Shown piece by piece: positions 35,720-44,880 of a stretch of DNA of 64,000 bases. The notes under the pieces were generated by a model. It was not told the origin of the DNA and ran no database searches. It saw only the letters and a program-made list of their open reading frames with translations. Position 1 is the first letter of the stretch. Every line of letters starts with the position of its first letter. Source of the stretch: Bacteroidota bacterium. Lineage in GTDB: Bacteria; Bacteroidota; Bacteroidia; JABEUT01. The translations under genes and the position numbers were made by a program. The DNA lies in NCBI GenBank assembly GCA_013285655.1, contig JABDHI010000006.1:933-64932 (forward strand). Direction: 5' to 3'.

Positions 35720-37009
35720 ATGAAAAAGTTCTACTTATCAATTTGCGCAGCGCTGGCAATTGGCACTATGGCTAATGCACAGCTTTGCAACGGAGGGCGC
35801 TATGCCAATACGGTTTTTAAAAGCGTTACCAAAACAGACAGTGTAGTGTATGGTTCAAACACAACCTTTTCGGGTAGTACACAAACACTTAATATGAACA
35901 TTTACCAACCTGCCGGAGATACTGCTAAGGCCCGCCCGCTTATTATTTGGGTGCATGGTGGTAGCTTTTTAGGTGGTTCAAGTGCCGATGGTGATGTATC
36001 TACATTATCAGATTCATTTGCAGTTAAGGGGTATGTATGTGCTTCTATCAATTACCGTTTAGGTATGGCAGGTGTCGATTCAGCTCAAGCCATTTTAGCT
36101 GTTATACGTGCTGTGCAAGATTTAAAGGCTGCTGTACGTTTCTTCTATAAAGACAGTAAGACAACCAATACTTATATGATAGACACTAACCACATTTATA
36201 TTGGTGGTGCTTCGGCAGGTGCTTTAACTGCATTACACACAGCTTATTTAAAGAGGGATTGCCAGATTGTTGACCCTGGTTATATTACCGAATCCGCTTT
36301 AACAGCAATGGGTGGTTTAGAAGGTACCAGCGGTAACGCAGGTTATTCTGACAAAGCAGCAGCTTGTATTAGCCTTTGCGGCGCACTTGGCCATTACAAT
36401 TGGATGGAAATGGGTGATATGCCTCTTTGCTCAATGCATGGTACATCTGATCCTGTGGTTATTTATGGCCGTGGTAAAGTTAATCCGGGTATTCCTTTAA
36501 TGTACCTTGATGGCGACCGTATACTTTATGCACAAGCTAAAACCATTGCATTAGCTGATAGCTTTTACACATGGGTAGGTGCTCCGCACGTTCCATTTGA
36601 TAACAGCGTTGCGTATATGGACACTACCATTTGGTACGTTCGCGACTTTTTAGTAGGCCAGTTAGGTTGCACAGGTTATGCAGCATTGCAAAAGACCGAT
36701 GCTCCTTATGGTGCAGCTAATTTATACAGTTTCCCTACCTGTCCGCTTGGCATACCAACTTTGAACAGCGAATTGGTAAGCAATATGTATCCTAACCCTT
36801 CTCGTGGTGAAGTTACATTGCAACTAGCAGAAAGCCATGGCGAATACAATATACAGATCAGTGATATTTCCGGTCGTATTGTATCCACCACTTCTACCAG
36901 CAAATCGACATACACTATTGAAAGGGCCGGCTTAACCGCAGGCGTTTACTTTGTGCGTGTTGCCGATACTAAGGGTAATACTTCAGTTAAGAAACTGATA
37001 TTCTATTAA
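35720..37009 (+). CDS. secreted alpha/beta-hydrolase (carboxylesterase-type) with a T9SS C-terminal sorting domain
   Basis: HGG oxyanion motif (LIIWVHGGSFLGG), nucleophile elbow GGASAGA, and a C-terminal MYPNPSRGEVTL...GVYFVRV...KLIFY tail. Confidence 0.8.
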   Translation: MKKFYLSICAALAIGTMANAQLCNGGRYANTVFKSVTKTDSVVYGSNTTFSGSTQTLNMNIYQPAGDTAKARPLIIWVHGGSFLGGSSADGDVSTLSDSFAVKGYVCASINYRLGMAGVDSAQAILAVIRAVQDLKAAVRFFYKDSKTTNTYMIDTNHIYIGGASAGALTALHTAYLKRDCQIVDPGYITESALTAMGGLEGTSGNAGYSDKAAACISLCGALGHYNWMEMGDMPLCSMHGTSDPVVIYGRGKVNPGIPLMYLDGDRILYAQAKTIALADSFYTWVGAPHVPFDNSVAYMDTTIWYVRDFLVGQLGCTGYAALQKTDAPYGAANLYSFPTCPLGIPTLNSELVSNMYPNPSRGEVTLQLAESHGEYNIQISDISGRIVSTTSTSKSTYTIERAGLTAGVYFVRVADTKGNTSVKKLIFY

Positions 37010-37035
37010 TAGAAAGAACGTTTAATTTTAAAAAG

Positions 37036-37064
37036 AGCCTCGCAGAAATGCGGGGCTTTTTTTA
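37036..37064 (+). terminator. rho-independent terminator
   Basis: AGCCTCGCA-GAAA-TGCGGGGCT followed by TTTTTTT. Confidence 0.7.
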
Positions 37065-37156
37065 TTGCTTACTTCTTAAATCTGCAAACCCCCGGGTAGT
37101 AAGCCCGGGGGATTTATGTGCAGTTTTCCCACCCCAAAATCTATCGCTTTAATTTT

Positions 37157-37627
37157 TTATTTTACCTGTTCAAATACAAACATATCGTTTGCCTGTAGTT
37201 TAAATTTCTTGTTCGTATCATCGGTGCTTGCGTAACTTAACTTGTAATCAATAGTGCTGCCTTTTGTTTTTAAGCAATATACATATCTGCTGCCGTCGCC
37301 GCCTTTAGTTACTTCATTCATACCTACAAATACCGGTTGGCAGGTCGGTACATTGGCCATGTTAACATGTAACAATAGCATGTAAAGATCGAGGCCGCTT
37401 TGGCGAGGGCACACTTTATAGCCATGTGCAACAGCGCTGTCTAATACTACACTCCATTTTATATTGGTAGTGTCTTTAAAGCCCAGTTCGGTAGCCGATA
37501 CCAATACCATTTGTGTGGTTTTGATGTTATAGGTAACATTGGTTAAGCTATCGTTAGTTGGGTCAGCTATTAATTTACCGCTTATTAAGGTGGCGGCTGC
37601 TAGTAGTATGTAGATCAGGTTTTTCAT
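37157..37627 (-). CDS. hypothetical secreted protein
   Basis: The internal ATG at 37627 gives signal peptide MKNLIYILLAAATLISGKLIA; no family recognised. Confidence 0.5.
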   Translation of the reverse strand: MKNLIYILLAAATLISGKLIADPTNDSLTNVTYNIKTTQMVLVSATELGFKDTTNIKWSVVLDSAVAHGYKVCPRQSGLDLYMLLLHVNMANVPTCQPVFVGMNEVTKGGDGSRYVYCLKTKGSTIDYKLSYASTDDTNKKFKLQANDMFVFEQVK

Positions 37628-38062
37628 GGCGTTTTGTTTTTGTTTGTTGTTATTTACGATACAAAGGTATATCGGCCTATAGCCCTCATGCGCCGCTATG
37701 TAACCAGCCCCGGGTAGTTTTGTAATGAATGGCAAAAACTACGTAATGGAAATAGGGTAGGGCACCTTAATTCAAATAATGGTTTGCCCTATATACCCAT
37801 GTATGCCCCCTGTTTACCGAATGATTAAGGCTAAAGGCAGCTTGCGACAGTAACTTTACATCAACATTTAATACTAAATACTATGGACTTACAACATCAG
37901 CATCATCAAACCTGGTTACATCACCTCGAAAGGGCTTTGTACCTGTTCTATAAGCGCGAAAACCACACGGTAGCCAATTACCTGGTTTTAAACGTTATTA
38001 TTGGCGGTGGTATATTAGTTATGCTGTTTATAGCAGAACTCTTCTTTAAATACTAACGCGGT

Positions 38063-38434
38063 TTACTTACCGGCAGCCTTCATTTGCTTTTGGGTATAAG
38101 CTTTGCTTTTAGTAAAGTTCTTCATACCGAAGTTGGCAATGGCTTCTATAATAGGTTTCAGTTCCATACCAAAGGCTGTGAGTTGGTATTTTTTGCGCCT
38201 TGCAGAACCGGTATAAGTAATTAAGCCTTTATCGGTAAGTGAAATAAGCCTGTCGTTCAGTATGTTGGTGGCTATCTTTTCATTCGATGCCAAAAACTCG
38301 TTGTACGTAGTTTTGCCAAACATCATCATATCGCGTATAATAAGCAACGACCATTTATCGCCCACCAAATCAAGGGTACACGATATGGGGCAGTCCGAAC
38401 GCTTTTTAATAGCTGATGTTTTGCTTTTTACCAT
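38063..38434 (-). CDS. HxlR-family transcriptional regulator
   Basis: CPISCTLDLVGDKWSLLIIRDMM-FGKTTYNEF is the HxlR winged-helix signature. Confidence 0.85.
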   Translation of the reverse strand: MVKSKTSAIKKRSDCPISCTLDLVGDKWSLLIIRDMMMFGKTTYNEFLASNEKIATNILNDRLISLTDKGLITYTGSARRKKYQLTAFGMELKPIIEAIANFGMKNFTKSKAYTQKQMKAAGK

Positions 38435-38535
38435 TCTGTTACAAAGTTACAAAAAATTAATATTACAAACTTGCATTTTGCAAGTTAATTGTTTTATATT
38501 TGTTTTATTAAACTAATCATCAAACCATATACCAC

Positions 38536-38799
38536 ATGAAAAAGCCCTGGATAGCCGCCCTGCTTAATCTCTTTCTTTTTGGCGGAGGTTACGTGTATAA
38601 CGGCAAACGCAAAATGCTTGGCCTTGCACTTATAATGGCCTGGATACTTATACGCTACGGCGAAATAACCATTTACCTTACCAACCTGGTGTTCGAAAAG
38701 TGGCTGGTGCTGTTTACCGGACTGGTAGTATTGATGTTTAGCCTTGCTGCCGATGCGTATAAAGAAGCCATAGCCATAAACGAACAAAATAAAAAGTAA
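38536..38799 (+). CDS. small integral membrane protein
   Basis: 87 aa with three hydrophobic helices. It is divergent from the HxlR gene. The overlapping minus-strand ORFs were rejected. Confidence 0.5.
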   Translation: MKKPWIAALLNLFLFGGGYVYNGKRKMLGLALIMAWILIRYGEITIYLTNLVFEKWLVLFTGLVVLMFSLAADAYKEAIAINEQNKK

Positions 38800-38828
38800 C
38801 AATAACTCTATAATTAAAACAACAAAAC

Positions 38829-39311
38829 ATGTCAAACGAAAAAGAAATAGCCGTAAAAGTAGTTCTCGATTCATGGAACTCAAGAATTAAACAAGCAGAT
38901 GAAATGTTCGGTAAGCTTACCGATGAACAATTGCAAAAGGAAATAGCACCCGGCCGTAACCGTGCCATTTACCTGTTGGGCCATCTTACTGCAGTACACG
39001 ATCATATGTTACCATTATTAGAGTTTGAAAAAGCTGCTTACCCGCAATTCGATGAGCCTTTTTTAACCAAGCCCGATAAAGCTGTTGCTGAGCTACCATC
39101 GGCTAAGGAATTGCGTGCTGCATGGAAAGCTACCAACGAAAAGCTTGCTGCGCACTATGCTAAGCTTAAAACCGACGATTGGTTTACACGCCATACTTCG
39201 GTAAGCCCTGAGGATTTTGTTAAAGAACCTCACCGCAATAAGCTTAACATTGTGCTTGGCCGTACCGGTCACCTGGCTTCTCATATTGGGCAGTTGGCGT
39301 TGATCAAGTAA
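38829..39311 (+). CDS. DinB-superfamily protein
   Basis: 160 aa with a four-helix pattern and conserved His residues (LGHLTAVHDHML...GRTGHLASHIGQL). Confidence 0.7.
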   Translation: MSNEKEIAVKVVLDSWNSRIKQADEMFGKLTDEQLQKEIAPGRNRAIYLLGHLTAVHDHMLPLLEFEKAAYPQFDEPFLTKPDKAVAELPSAKELRAAWKATNEKLAAHYAKLKTDDWFTRHTSVSPEDFVKEPHRNKLNIVLGRTGHLASHIGQLALIK

Positions 39312-39369
39312 TTGTAAATGGTGAGTTGTAAATGGTGAATTAAAAAGCACTAAGCTCATTTATATAGTA

Positions 39370-39399
39370 GGCTCCGTTTAATTGACGGGGCCTTTTTTA
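39370..39399 (+). terminator. rho-independent terminator
   Basis: GGCTCCGT-TTAATTG-ACGGGGCC followed by TTTTTT. Confidence 0.75.
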
Positions 39400-39421
39400 T
39401 TTACTATTTTATTACGTGTAT

Positions 39422-39668
39422 TTGGCACAATCCTGTACATCTATGTGTCAATTTTCTATCATTGTTTCTCTTCACCTCACGTGCCGTTACAATTCTTAAT
39501 TTTTAATCGTAATTCTTAATTGGCTATGCCCCATGTGCCGTTACAATTCCTAATTTTTAATTCGTGATTCTTAATTGGCTATGCCTCACGTGCCATGTCT
39601 TTCTGCGTTAGGGATAGCAGCGTATAGCCCGACCCGTCCCGAGTACTCGGGAGAGGGGAACGCCCAAG
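39422..39668 (+). repeat. AB-element, expanded copy (tandem ~53-bp duplication in the linker, module B internally deleted)
   Basis: Module A, then 2x GTGCCGTTACAATTC.TAATTTTTAAT.CGT.ATTCTTAATTGGCTATGCC, then GCGTTAGGGATAGCAGCG-[deletion]-TATAGCCCGACCCGTCCCGAGTACTCGGGAGAGGGGAACGCCCAAG. Confidence 0.85.
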
Positions 39669-39709
39669 TTATTAAATGATCTTACTATCACCAAAGTCAC
39701 AAGCCCGGC

Positions 39710-40090
39710 CTAAATCCGCTCAAGGGTACTCTCCGAATTAGTCTCATGCGCCGAAGCATTGTGCTTTTCGAGAGGTAAAATATCCTCAATGGTTTCAAGC
39801 CAGTCTTCGCCAACTTTACGGTAAACCTTTACATGCAAGCCAAAGTGCTTTTTAAAACCATGTTTCAGGCTATCGGCGGTCATATCGGGTTTAATGGCAA
39901 CGGTGCCTTTGCTGTGAACCTGGCGGCACTCGCCAATTTCTTTGGTAGGGTGTACCAGTATTTTGTTGCGTAGGCCGCCGCGTTCTTCTCCTTCTACAGT
40001 AAAAAACTCGAGTTTAAGATTTGGAAACAGGATAGAGAAATCATTCTGTATCTCATGTATCTTTCGTTTGTCGTGAATGTTAATTTCCAT
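39710..40090 (-). CDS. hypothetical protein
   Basis: 126-aa ORF; no family recognised. Confidence 0.5.
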   Translation of the reverse strand: MEINIHDKRKIHEIQNDFSILFPNLKLEFFTVEGEERGGLRNKILVHPTKEIGECRQVHSKGTVAIKPDMTADSLKHGFKKHFGLHVKVYRKVGEDWLETIEDILPLEKHNASAHETNSESTLERI

Positions 40091-40111
40091 AATGCAGGTG
40101 TTTAATGTTTG

Positions 40112-40366
40112 TTATATAAAAGGTGTAAAATCTTTACGGAACACGCGGTACCCATATATAAGTATAACTACCGATAATGCACCAATAAAGGCCCCTGAAA
40201 TGGCCGTGCCGAACATGGGGAAAATATCGGGCCTGTTGTTAAGTAAAGAGTAACCGGCAAAAACCAAACCAATTAAGCCCAATAAAATATATAGGCTACC
40301 TAATAGTTTAGGGTGCATGTTAAACCGCTTGGGTTTCTTTTGAGTTGCAGTTGGGGTAGTGTTCAT
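40112..40366 (-). CDS. small membrane protein
   Basis: The internal ATG at 40366 avoids overlap with the SDR gene. Two TM helices (LLGSLYILLGLIGLVFAGY, FGTAISGAFIGALSVVILIYGY). Confidence 0.45.
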   Translation of the reverse strand: MNTTPTATQKKPKRFNMHPKLLGSLYILLGLIGLVFAGYSLLNNRPDIFPMFGTAISGAFIGALSVVILIYGYRVFRKDFTPFI

Positions 40367-40388
40367 TGAGTTTTTGTATAGGGGTTTA

Positions 40389-41147
40389 TTAAAATGAGGT
40401 CCAGCCACCATCGGCAGTAACTACGGTGCCGTTAATGTTGCTGGCTTTATCGCTGGCTAAAAACAAGGCAAGCTCAGCTATTTCGTTAGGTTCGGCCATG
40501 CGCAGGTTAGTGCCCAGGCCGGGGTTTATACGTTCGGCACCAAACTTGTTAAAGCTGGCGCCTTCCATAATATTGGTGTTTACCGCGCCGGGTGCAATTG
40601 CATTGCAGCGTATGCCTTTAGTACCATATATATAACCAATGTTTTTGGTAAGGCCCACCAATGCGTGTTTTGATGCGGTGTATGCTGCACCGGCACGCGC
40701 ACCCTGCAAGCCGCCAATAGACGATATGTTTACAATAACACCTTTACCTTGTTTAAGCATTTGCTGCAAAGCAAGCCTGCAAGCATAAAACGGGCCGTTA
40801 ATGTTCACACCCATAACTCTGTTCCATAGTTCGTCGGTAACTTCGGCAGCAGGTGTAAAGTCGTCCATTACACCGGCATTGTTTACCAATACATCAACCG
40901 AGCCATAAGTTAACATAGCAAGGGTAAATAGATTCCTTACATCGTGCTCAATAGCTATATTGGTGGTTATGCCTTTAGCAGTTAACCCCTTTTCTGTAAT
41001 CTCTTTTACTACTTCGTTTACTCTATCCGTGTTTATATCGCTCACCACCACTTTAGCGCCTTCGGCTGCAAAAAGCAGTGCCATGGCTTTCCCCATTCCC
41101 GATCCGGCTCCGGTTATTATGGCTACTTTATTTTCTAATGCTTTCAT
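40389..41147 (-). CDS. SDR-family oxidoreductase (FabG-like)
   Basis: TGAGSGMGKA cofactor motif, NNAG, and the catalytic YTASKHAL. A TACATTTG -7 box lies just upstream. Confidence 0.9.
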   Translation of the reverse strand: MKALENKVAIITGAGSGMGKAMALLFAAEGAKVVVSDINTDRVNEVVKEITEKGLTAKGITTNIAIEHDVRNLFTLAMLTYGSVDVLVNNAGVMDDFTPAAEVTDELWNRVMGVNINGPFYACRLALQQMLKQGKGVIVNISSIGGLQGARAGAAYTASKHALVGLTKNIGYIYGTKGIRCNAIAPGAVNTNIMEGASFNKFGAERINPGLGTNLRMAEPNEIAELALFLASDKASNINGTVVTADGGWTSF

Positions 41148-41510
41148 GTTTTGTATTTATAGGGCAAATGTATCTCGGGTGCTTCCTTATTCTATTGCGC
41201 TTGGTCATTGGGTTAAATGATTAAAGTCATACTTCTGCAAGGTGGTCATTACCAGTCATCGGGCTATCGTACTTTTCGCTTTTAGTTTTATACTTTTTAC
41301 GTATTTGGTGATGGAGGAAGATTTTACCGCAGGGTACGCCAGGGAATAAACGCAGAGTTTACCCCAACCCCTAAAGGGGCTTTTGTTTATTTAAAAATGC
41401 AACACTTCTGTACGCAGATCAAAAAATGTGTTGCATTTTCTGTAGTTGAGTGCGTTTACACTTTTAATACCTTGTAAACACCTATGTGTTTGATTTTCAT
41501 AACTAACATT

Positions 41511-41873
41511 CTACTTTTTTTCGGTGTTTTGTAAACCCGGTATTTGTCTTTCGCTATAGCCACGGTTCCGGCCACGGATAGTAAGAATGAACATGGTGCG
41601 CTGCAATTCAAGCTCATAAAGTACTTTATCTACATCCCACTTAACTGCCAGGGTCATTATACCTTCTACTGCTTTTTTGTAAACAGGGTCTTTTGCCAGC
41701 CAGCGGTAATGGGTGCAGCGGTCAATGCCGGCATCTTTTGTGGCACGGGCTATTACACCCATGCGTTTATCCAGGGCAATAAGCATCTTTTTCTTTTTCA
41801 GTTTTAGCTGCATTACTGCCTCGTTCCGTATTCGTTCGGGTATAAGGTCGTTAATTGTGGTATCAGATATCAT
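41511..41873 (-). CDS. HTH protein resembling a phage small terminase subunit (phBC6A51-type HTH)
   Basis: KKKMLIALDKRMGVIARATKDAGIDRCTHYRWLAKDPVYKKAVE...FILTIRGRNRGYSE parallels the TerS pattern (...AGISRSTYYRWL..D.EF...V...FLLK.KGK.RGY). The first 9 codons of the track ORF are repeat-derived, so the ATG at 41873 is preferred. Confidence 0.45.
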   Translation of the reverse strand: MISDTTINDLIPERIRNEAVMQLKLKKKKMLIALDKRMGVIARATKDAGIDRCTHYRWLAKDPVYKKAVEGIMTLAVKWDVDKVLYELELQRTMFILTIRGRNRGYSERQIPGLQNTEKK

Positions 41874-42051
41874 ATTGTCATGTTGAGCCTGTCGAAACAT
41901 ATTCCGCTATTTTACCGCAGAGGCACGCTGAGAAAAACCCGCAGAGAGCCGCAGAGGTTTCACCCCAAACCCGTAAAGGGCTATTGGGGTACCAAACCAT
42001 ACTACAAAAATAAAGCTGTTTTAGTGCTTTTTAACGGTTGAATGGTTGCTG

Positions 42052-42072
42052 GTTTTCAACAGGTCGAAAAAA
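42052..42072 (-). promoter_or_regulatory. inverted copy of the TTTTTTCGACCTGTTGAAAAC box
   Basis: GTTTTCAACAGGTCGAAAAAA is the reverse complement of 27058-27078. It lies upstream (minus-strand sense) of the TerS-like gene. Confidence 0.5.
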
Positions 42073-42083
42073 CTTAGATGGCA

Positions 42084-42377
42084 CTAAAGTGGTTTCTTCG
42101 AAGGGTTTTTACTGGTGTTCCAAAAGTAAACCAGATATAAGGTTGAGCCTGAAATCCTATATATAAGAATGGTGTGTTTGGTGATTACTGCTTCACGCGT
42201 ATCTTCTTTACCGGCATGGCGGTATGATAAGGGGAAATGCTGTATATGATTGATTACCTCGTCAGTCTTTTTAATAAAATTAACGATCTCACGCTGCGAC
42301 CATTTTTGTTGCAGGTAAGTTAAAACAGTTTCAAAACTTTTTTCCGATTCCGGTGTCCAAATTATTTTTTTAACCAC
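42084..42377 (-). CDS. type II toxin, RelE/ParE family
   Basis: 97 aa: KIIWTPESEKSFETVLTYL...HFPLSYRHAGKEDTREAVITKHTILIYRISGSTLYLVYFWNT. Confidence 0.75.
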   Translation of the reverse strand: MVKKIIWTPESEKSFETVLTYLQQKWSQREIVNFIKKTDEVINHIQHFPLSYRHAGKEDTREAVITKHTILIYRISGSTLYLVYFWNTSKNPSKKPL

Positions 42378-42607
42378 CGGCTATAGCTTTTCATTACTTC
42401 ATCGTGAGATCTTCCAATACCTTTTTTCGATTGCTCTATTCCGCGCTCAACGCCTTTTTTTACCTCATCAGGCATTAAATCATATAATGTAATGGACTCT
42501 TCAGCAAAAGTTTTAACTACCGATAGTACAGCTTTCTTCTTTTTATCAGTTAAAAGCCCCAGGTAATTAATGATCTCCTTGTCTAATGCCTTGCTTGCAG
42601 ATGCCAT
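42362..42607 (-). CDS. type II antitoxin (partner of the ParE/RelE toxin)
   Basis: 81-aa protein that overlaps the toxin start by 16 nt, the same spacing as the 11174/11395 pair. Confidence 0.6.
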   Translation of the reverse strand: MASASKALDKEIINYLGLLTDKKKKAVLSVVKTFAEESITLYDLMPDEVKKGVERGIEQSKKGIGRSHDEVMKSYSRWLKK

Positions 42608-42879
42608 ACAGGTATGAATTACTTATTTAAACAAAGTTAAGCTTTCTTTTTTATTTATGCAAATGAGTGTAAGTGGGTAGTAGTTAGGCAATACGCGTAA
42701 GCTGCCTCACCTAAATCCTCCCCGGAGGACTCAAGGATTTTTTATTTCTTGAACCTTCCCCTAAAGGGTAACGGTTTGGTAGGGGCATTTTAATACCAAA
42801 ATTTCCTTTTCACAAACTTTTTTGTTACACTTGTAGTAGAAAATACATACCCCATTAATAACCCTAAAGAACTGCAAGT

Positions 42880-43323
42880 ATGATAAATAAAATTAAAAGA
42901 ACCGGATGGCTGTTTGCAATATGTATACTAGTGTTTAGCAGCTGCAGTAATAACTCATATAACAAAATGACTAACGAGAAATTGATTAAAGACTATTACG
43001 CCGCTTACGAGCAAAAAGACTGGAACATGTTAACGGGCCTATTGGCAGATGGCTTTGTATTTAATAGCCCTAACGACGACCATATTGATTTAGCAACCTA
43101 TAAGCAACGCTGCTGGCCAAACTCTGCCAGCATTAAAAAGTTCGATATTGATAAAATGGTAATTGATGGCGATGATGCCTTTGTAACGTATAATGGCCAT
43201 ACCAACGATGGCAGAATATTCCGCAATACGGAGTATTTTAGGTTTGTTGACGGTAAAATAAAAGAGAATGCCTGTTACTTTGGCCCGGGTATTAGTTACC
43301 CCGATAATAAGGCGGCCAAATAA
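42880..43323 (+). CDS. SnoaL-like / NTF2-fold lipoprotein
   Basis: Lipobox VFSSCSNN; KLIKDYYAAYEQKDWNMLTGLLADGFVFNSP is a typical SnoaL-like start. Confidence 0.7.
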   Translation: MINKIKRTGWLFAICILVFSSCSNNSYNKMTNEKLIKDYYAAYEQKDWNMLTGLLADGFVFNSPNDDHIDLATYKQRCWPNSASIKKFDIDKMVIDGDDAFVTYNGHTNDGRIFRNTEYFRFVDGKIKENACYFGPGISYPDNKAAK

Positions 43324-43331
43324 GTTAAAAG
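43191..43331 (+). repeat. 141-bp direct repeat, copy 1 (native 3' end of the SnoaL-like gene)
   Basis: 135 of 141 positions are identical to 43971-44111. Confidence 0.95.
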
Positions 43332-43365
43332 CGTAAAGCTAAAGGTGAAAATAGAAGATTCTTAA

Positions 43366-43620
<255 letters not shown>

Positions 43621-43622
43621 AT

Positions 43623-43973
43623 ATGCGTTTTAAAACCGACGAAAACTTACCATCTGATTTAGCCGAACTGCTTAAGCAGGAAGGTCATAATGCTTTTACT
43701 GTAAACCAGCAAAAAATGCAGGGCTACAAAGATGATGACCTGATAAAGGTTTGTAAGCATGAAAAGAGAGCATTAATAACCCTTGATACTGACTTTTCTG
43801 ATATTCGCAGATACCCGCCAAAAGAGTATCATGGAATAATAGTATTGCGTTCTGCCAATCAATCAAAGGCTGTAATTATGGCACTTATGCATAGAGTACT
43901 ACCACAATTAAAGCTAGAAAAGCTTACTGGTGCATTATGGATTGTGGAAGAAAACAAAATACGGATTAGATAA
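43623..43973 (+). CDS. DUF5615-family PIN-like putative toxin
   Basis: MRFKTDENLPSDLAELLKQEGHNAFTV...DDDLIKVCKHEKRALITLDTDFSDI, paired with DUF433 across a 2-nt gap. Confidence 0.7.
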   Translation: MRFKTDENLPSDLAELLKQEGHNAFTVNQQKMQGYKDDDLIKVCKHEKRALITLDTDFSDIRRYPPKEYHGIIVLRSANQSKAVIMALMHRVLPQLKLEKLTGALWIVEENKIRIR

Positions 43974-44111
43974 TGGCCATACCAACGGTGGCAGAATATT
44001 CCGCAATACGGAGTATTTTAGGTTTGTTGACGGTAAAATAAAAGAGAACGCCTGTTACTTTGGCCCGGGTATTAGTTACCCTGATAATAAAGTGGCGAAA
44101 TAAGTTAAAAG
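43971..44111 (+). pseudogene. 141-bp direct repeat, copy 2: orphan duplicate of the SnoaL-like gene 3' end
   Basis: Encodes only NGHTNGGRIFRNTEYFRFVDGKIKENACYFGPGISYPDNKVAK*. Its first three bases supply the toxin stop codon. Confidence 0.9.
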
Positions 44112-44170
44112 TTAAAGCCCATTTAGGTGTTGGGGTAAACTTTAAACATTTCTTTCTGTTCCGTTAATGC

Positions 44171-44272
44171 AATGGCACGTGAGGCATAGTTAATTAAGAA
44201 TTTGGAATCAACGCAGGGAGTAAAGGCACGTGAGGTGATAAGAAGTTGACACATAGTCGCAGATTTCTGGGA
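44171..44272 (-). repeat. degenerate AB-element fragment (module A + linker words)
   Basis: AATGGCACGTGAGGCATAGTTAATTAAGAAT and GGCACGTGAGGTGATAAGAAGTTGACACATAG match module A and the 39570-39595 linker in reverse. Confidence 0.7.
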
Positions 44273-44415
44273 AAGGTAGATTAAATCATTTATTTAATAA
44301 GCCCTCGTACTAGTTCATACCCTTTACCACCTCATTGGGCATTAAATATCAATCGGTTATCGATTCTTTAACAGGGGTTTATTGATAACAGGTATTTTGG
44401 CAAAAACATTAAAGC

Positions 44416-44847
44416 ATGGTAACAAAAGAACTTGTAGCAACATCGCAAATAACTGTAAACGCACCTATAAGCAAAGTGTGGGATGCATTTGTAAACCCGG
44501 CAATTATTAAGCAGTATATGTTTGGCACCACGGTTACTGCCGACTGGAAAGTAGGTGGCGAAATACGCTGGAAGGGTGAAATGAACGGTAAGCTATATGA
44601 AGACAATGGCGTTATACTTCAGTTTAACCCCGAAACCCAATTAGAGTATACCCACTTTAGCCCCCTTGCCGGCAAACCCGATATACCCGAAAGCTATCAT
44701 AAGGTTACCATTAACCTGGCAGAGCGCGAAAATGGAACCTTTGTTAAACTGACCCAGGATCATAACCCAACCGAACAAGCTAAAGAACATTCGCAAAAAA
44801 ACTGGGATATGATGTTAGCTAAGCTAAAAGAAATGCTTGAGAGTTAA
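44416..44847 (+). CDS. SRPBCC / AHSA1-like protein
   Basis: INAPISKVWDAFVNPAIIKQYMFGT...WKVGGEIRWKGE is a typical Aha1/SRPBCC pattern. Confidence 0.8.
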   Translation: MVTKELVATSQITVNAPISKVWDAFVNPAIIKQYMFGTTVTADWKVGGEIRWKGEMNGKLYEDNGVILQFNPETQLEYTHFSPLAGKPDIPESYHKVTINLAERENGTFVKLTQDHNPTEQAKEHSQKNWDMMLAKLKEMLES

Positions 44848-44880
44848 AAGCTAAAAGTAAAAACTACCTAAAGCGGCTCA

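Noticed and set aside
38494-38968. Minus-strand ORFs 38494-38883 and 38738-38968, overlapping the small membrane protein and the DinB gene.
   Set aside because: They overlap plus-strand ORFs that have clear TM-helix or DinB features and sensible intergenic spacing. The minus-strand translations are low-complexity.
39481-39590. Possible CRISPR array, suggested by tandem ~53-bp units and by the many dispersed AB repeats.
   Set aside because: There are only two tandem units, with no unique spacers. AB copies are kilobases apart, irregularly spaced and in both orientations. No cas genes are present.
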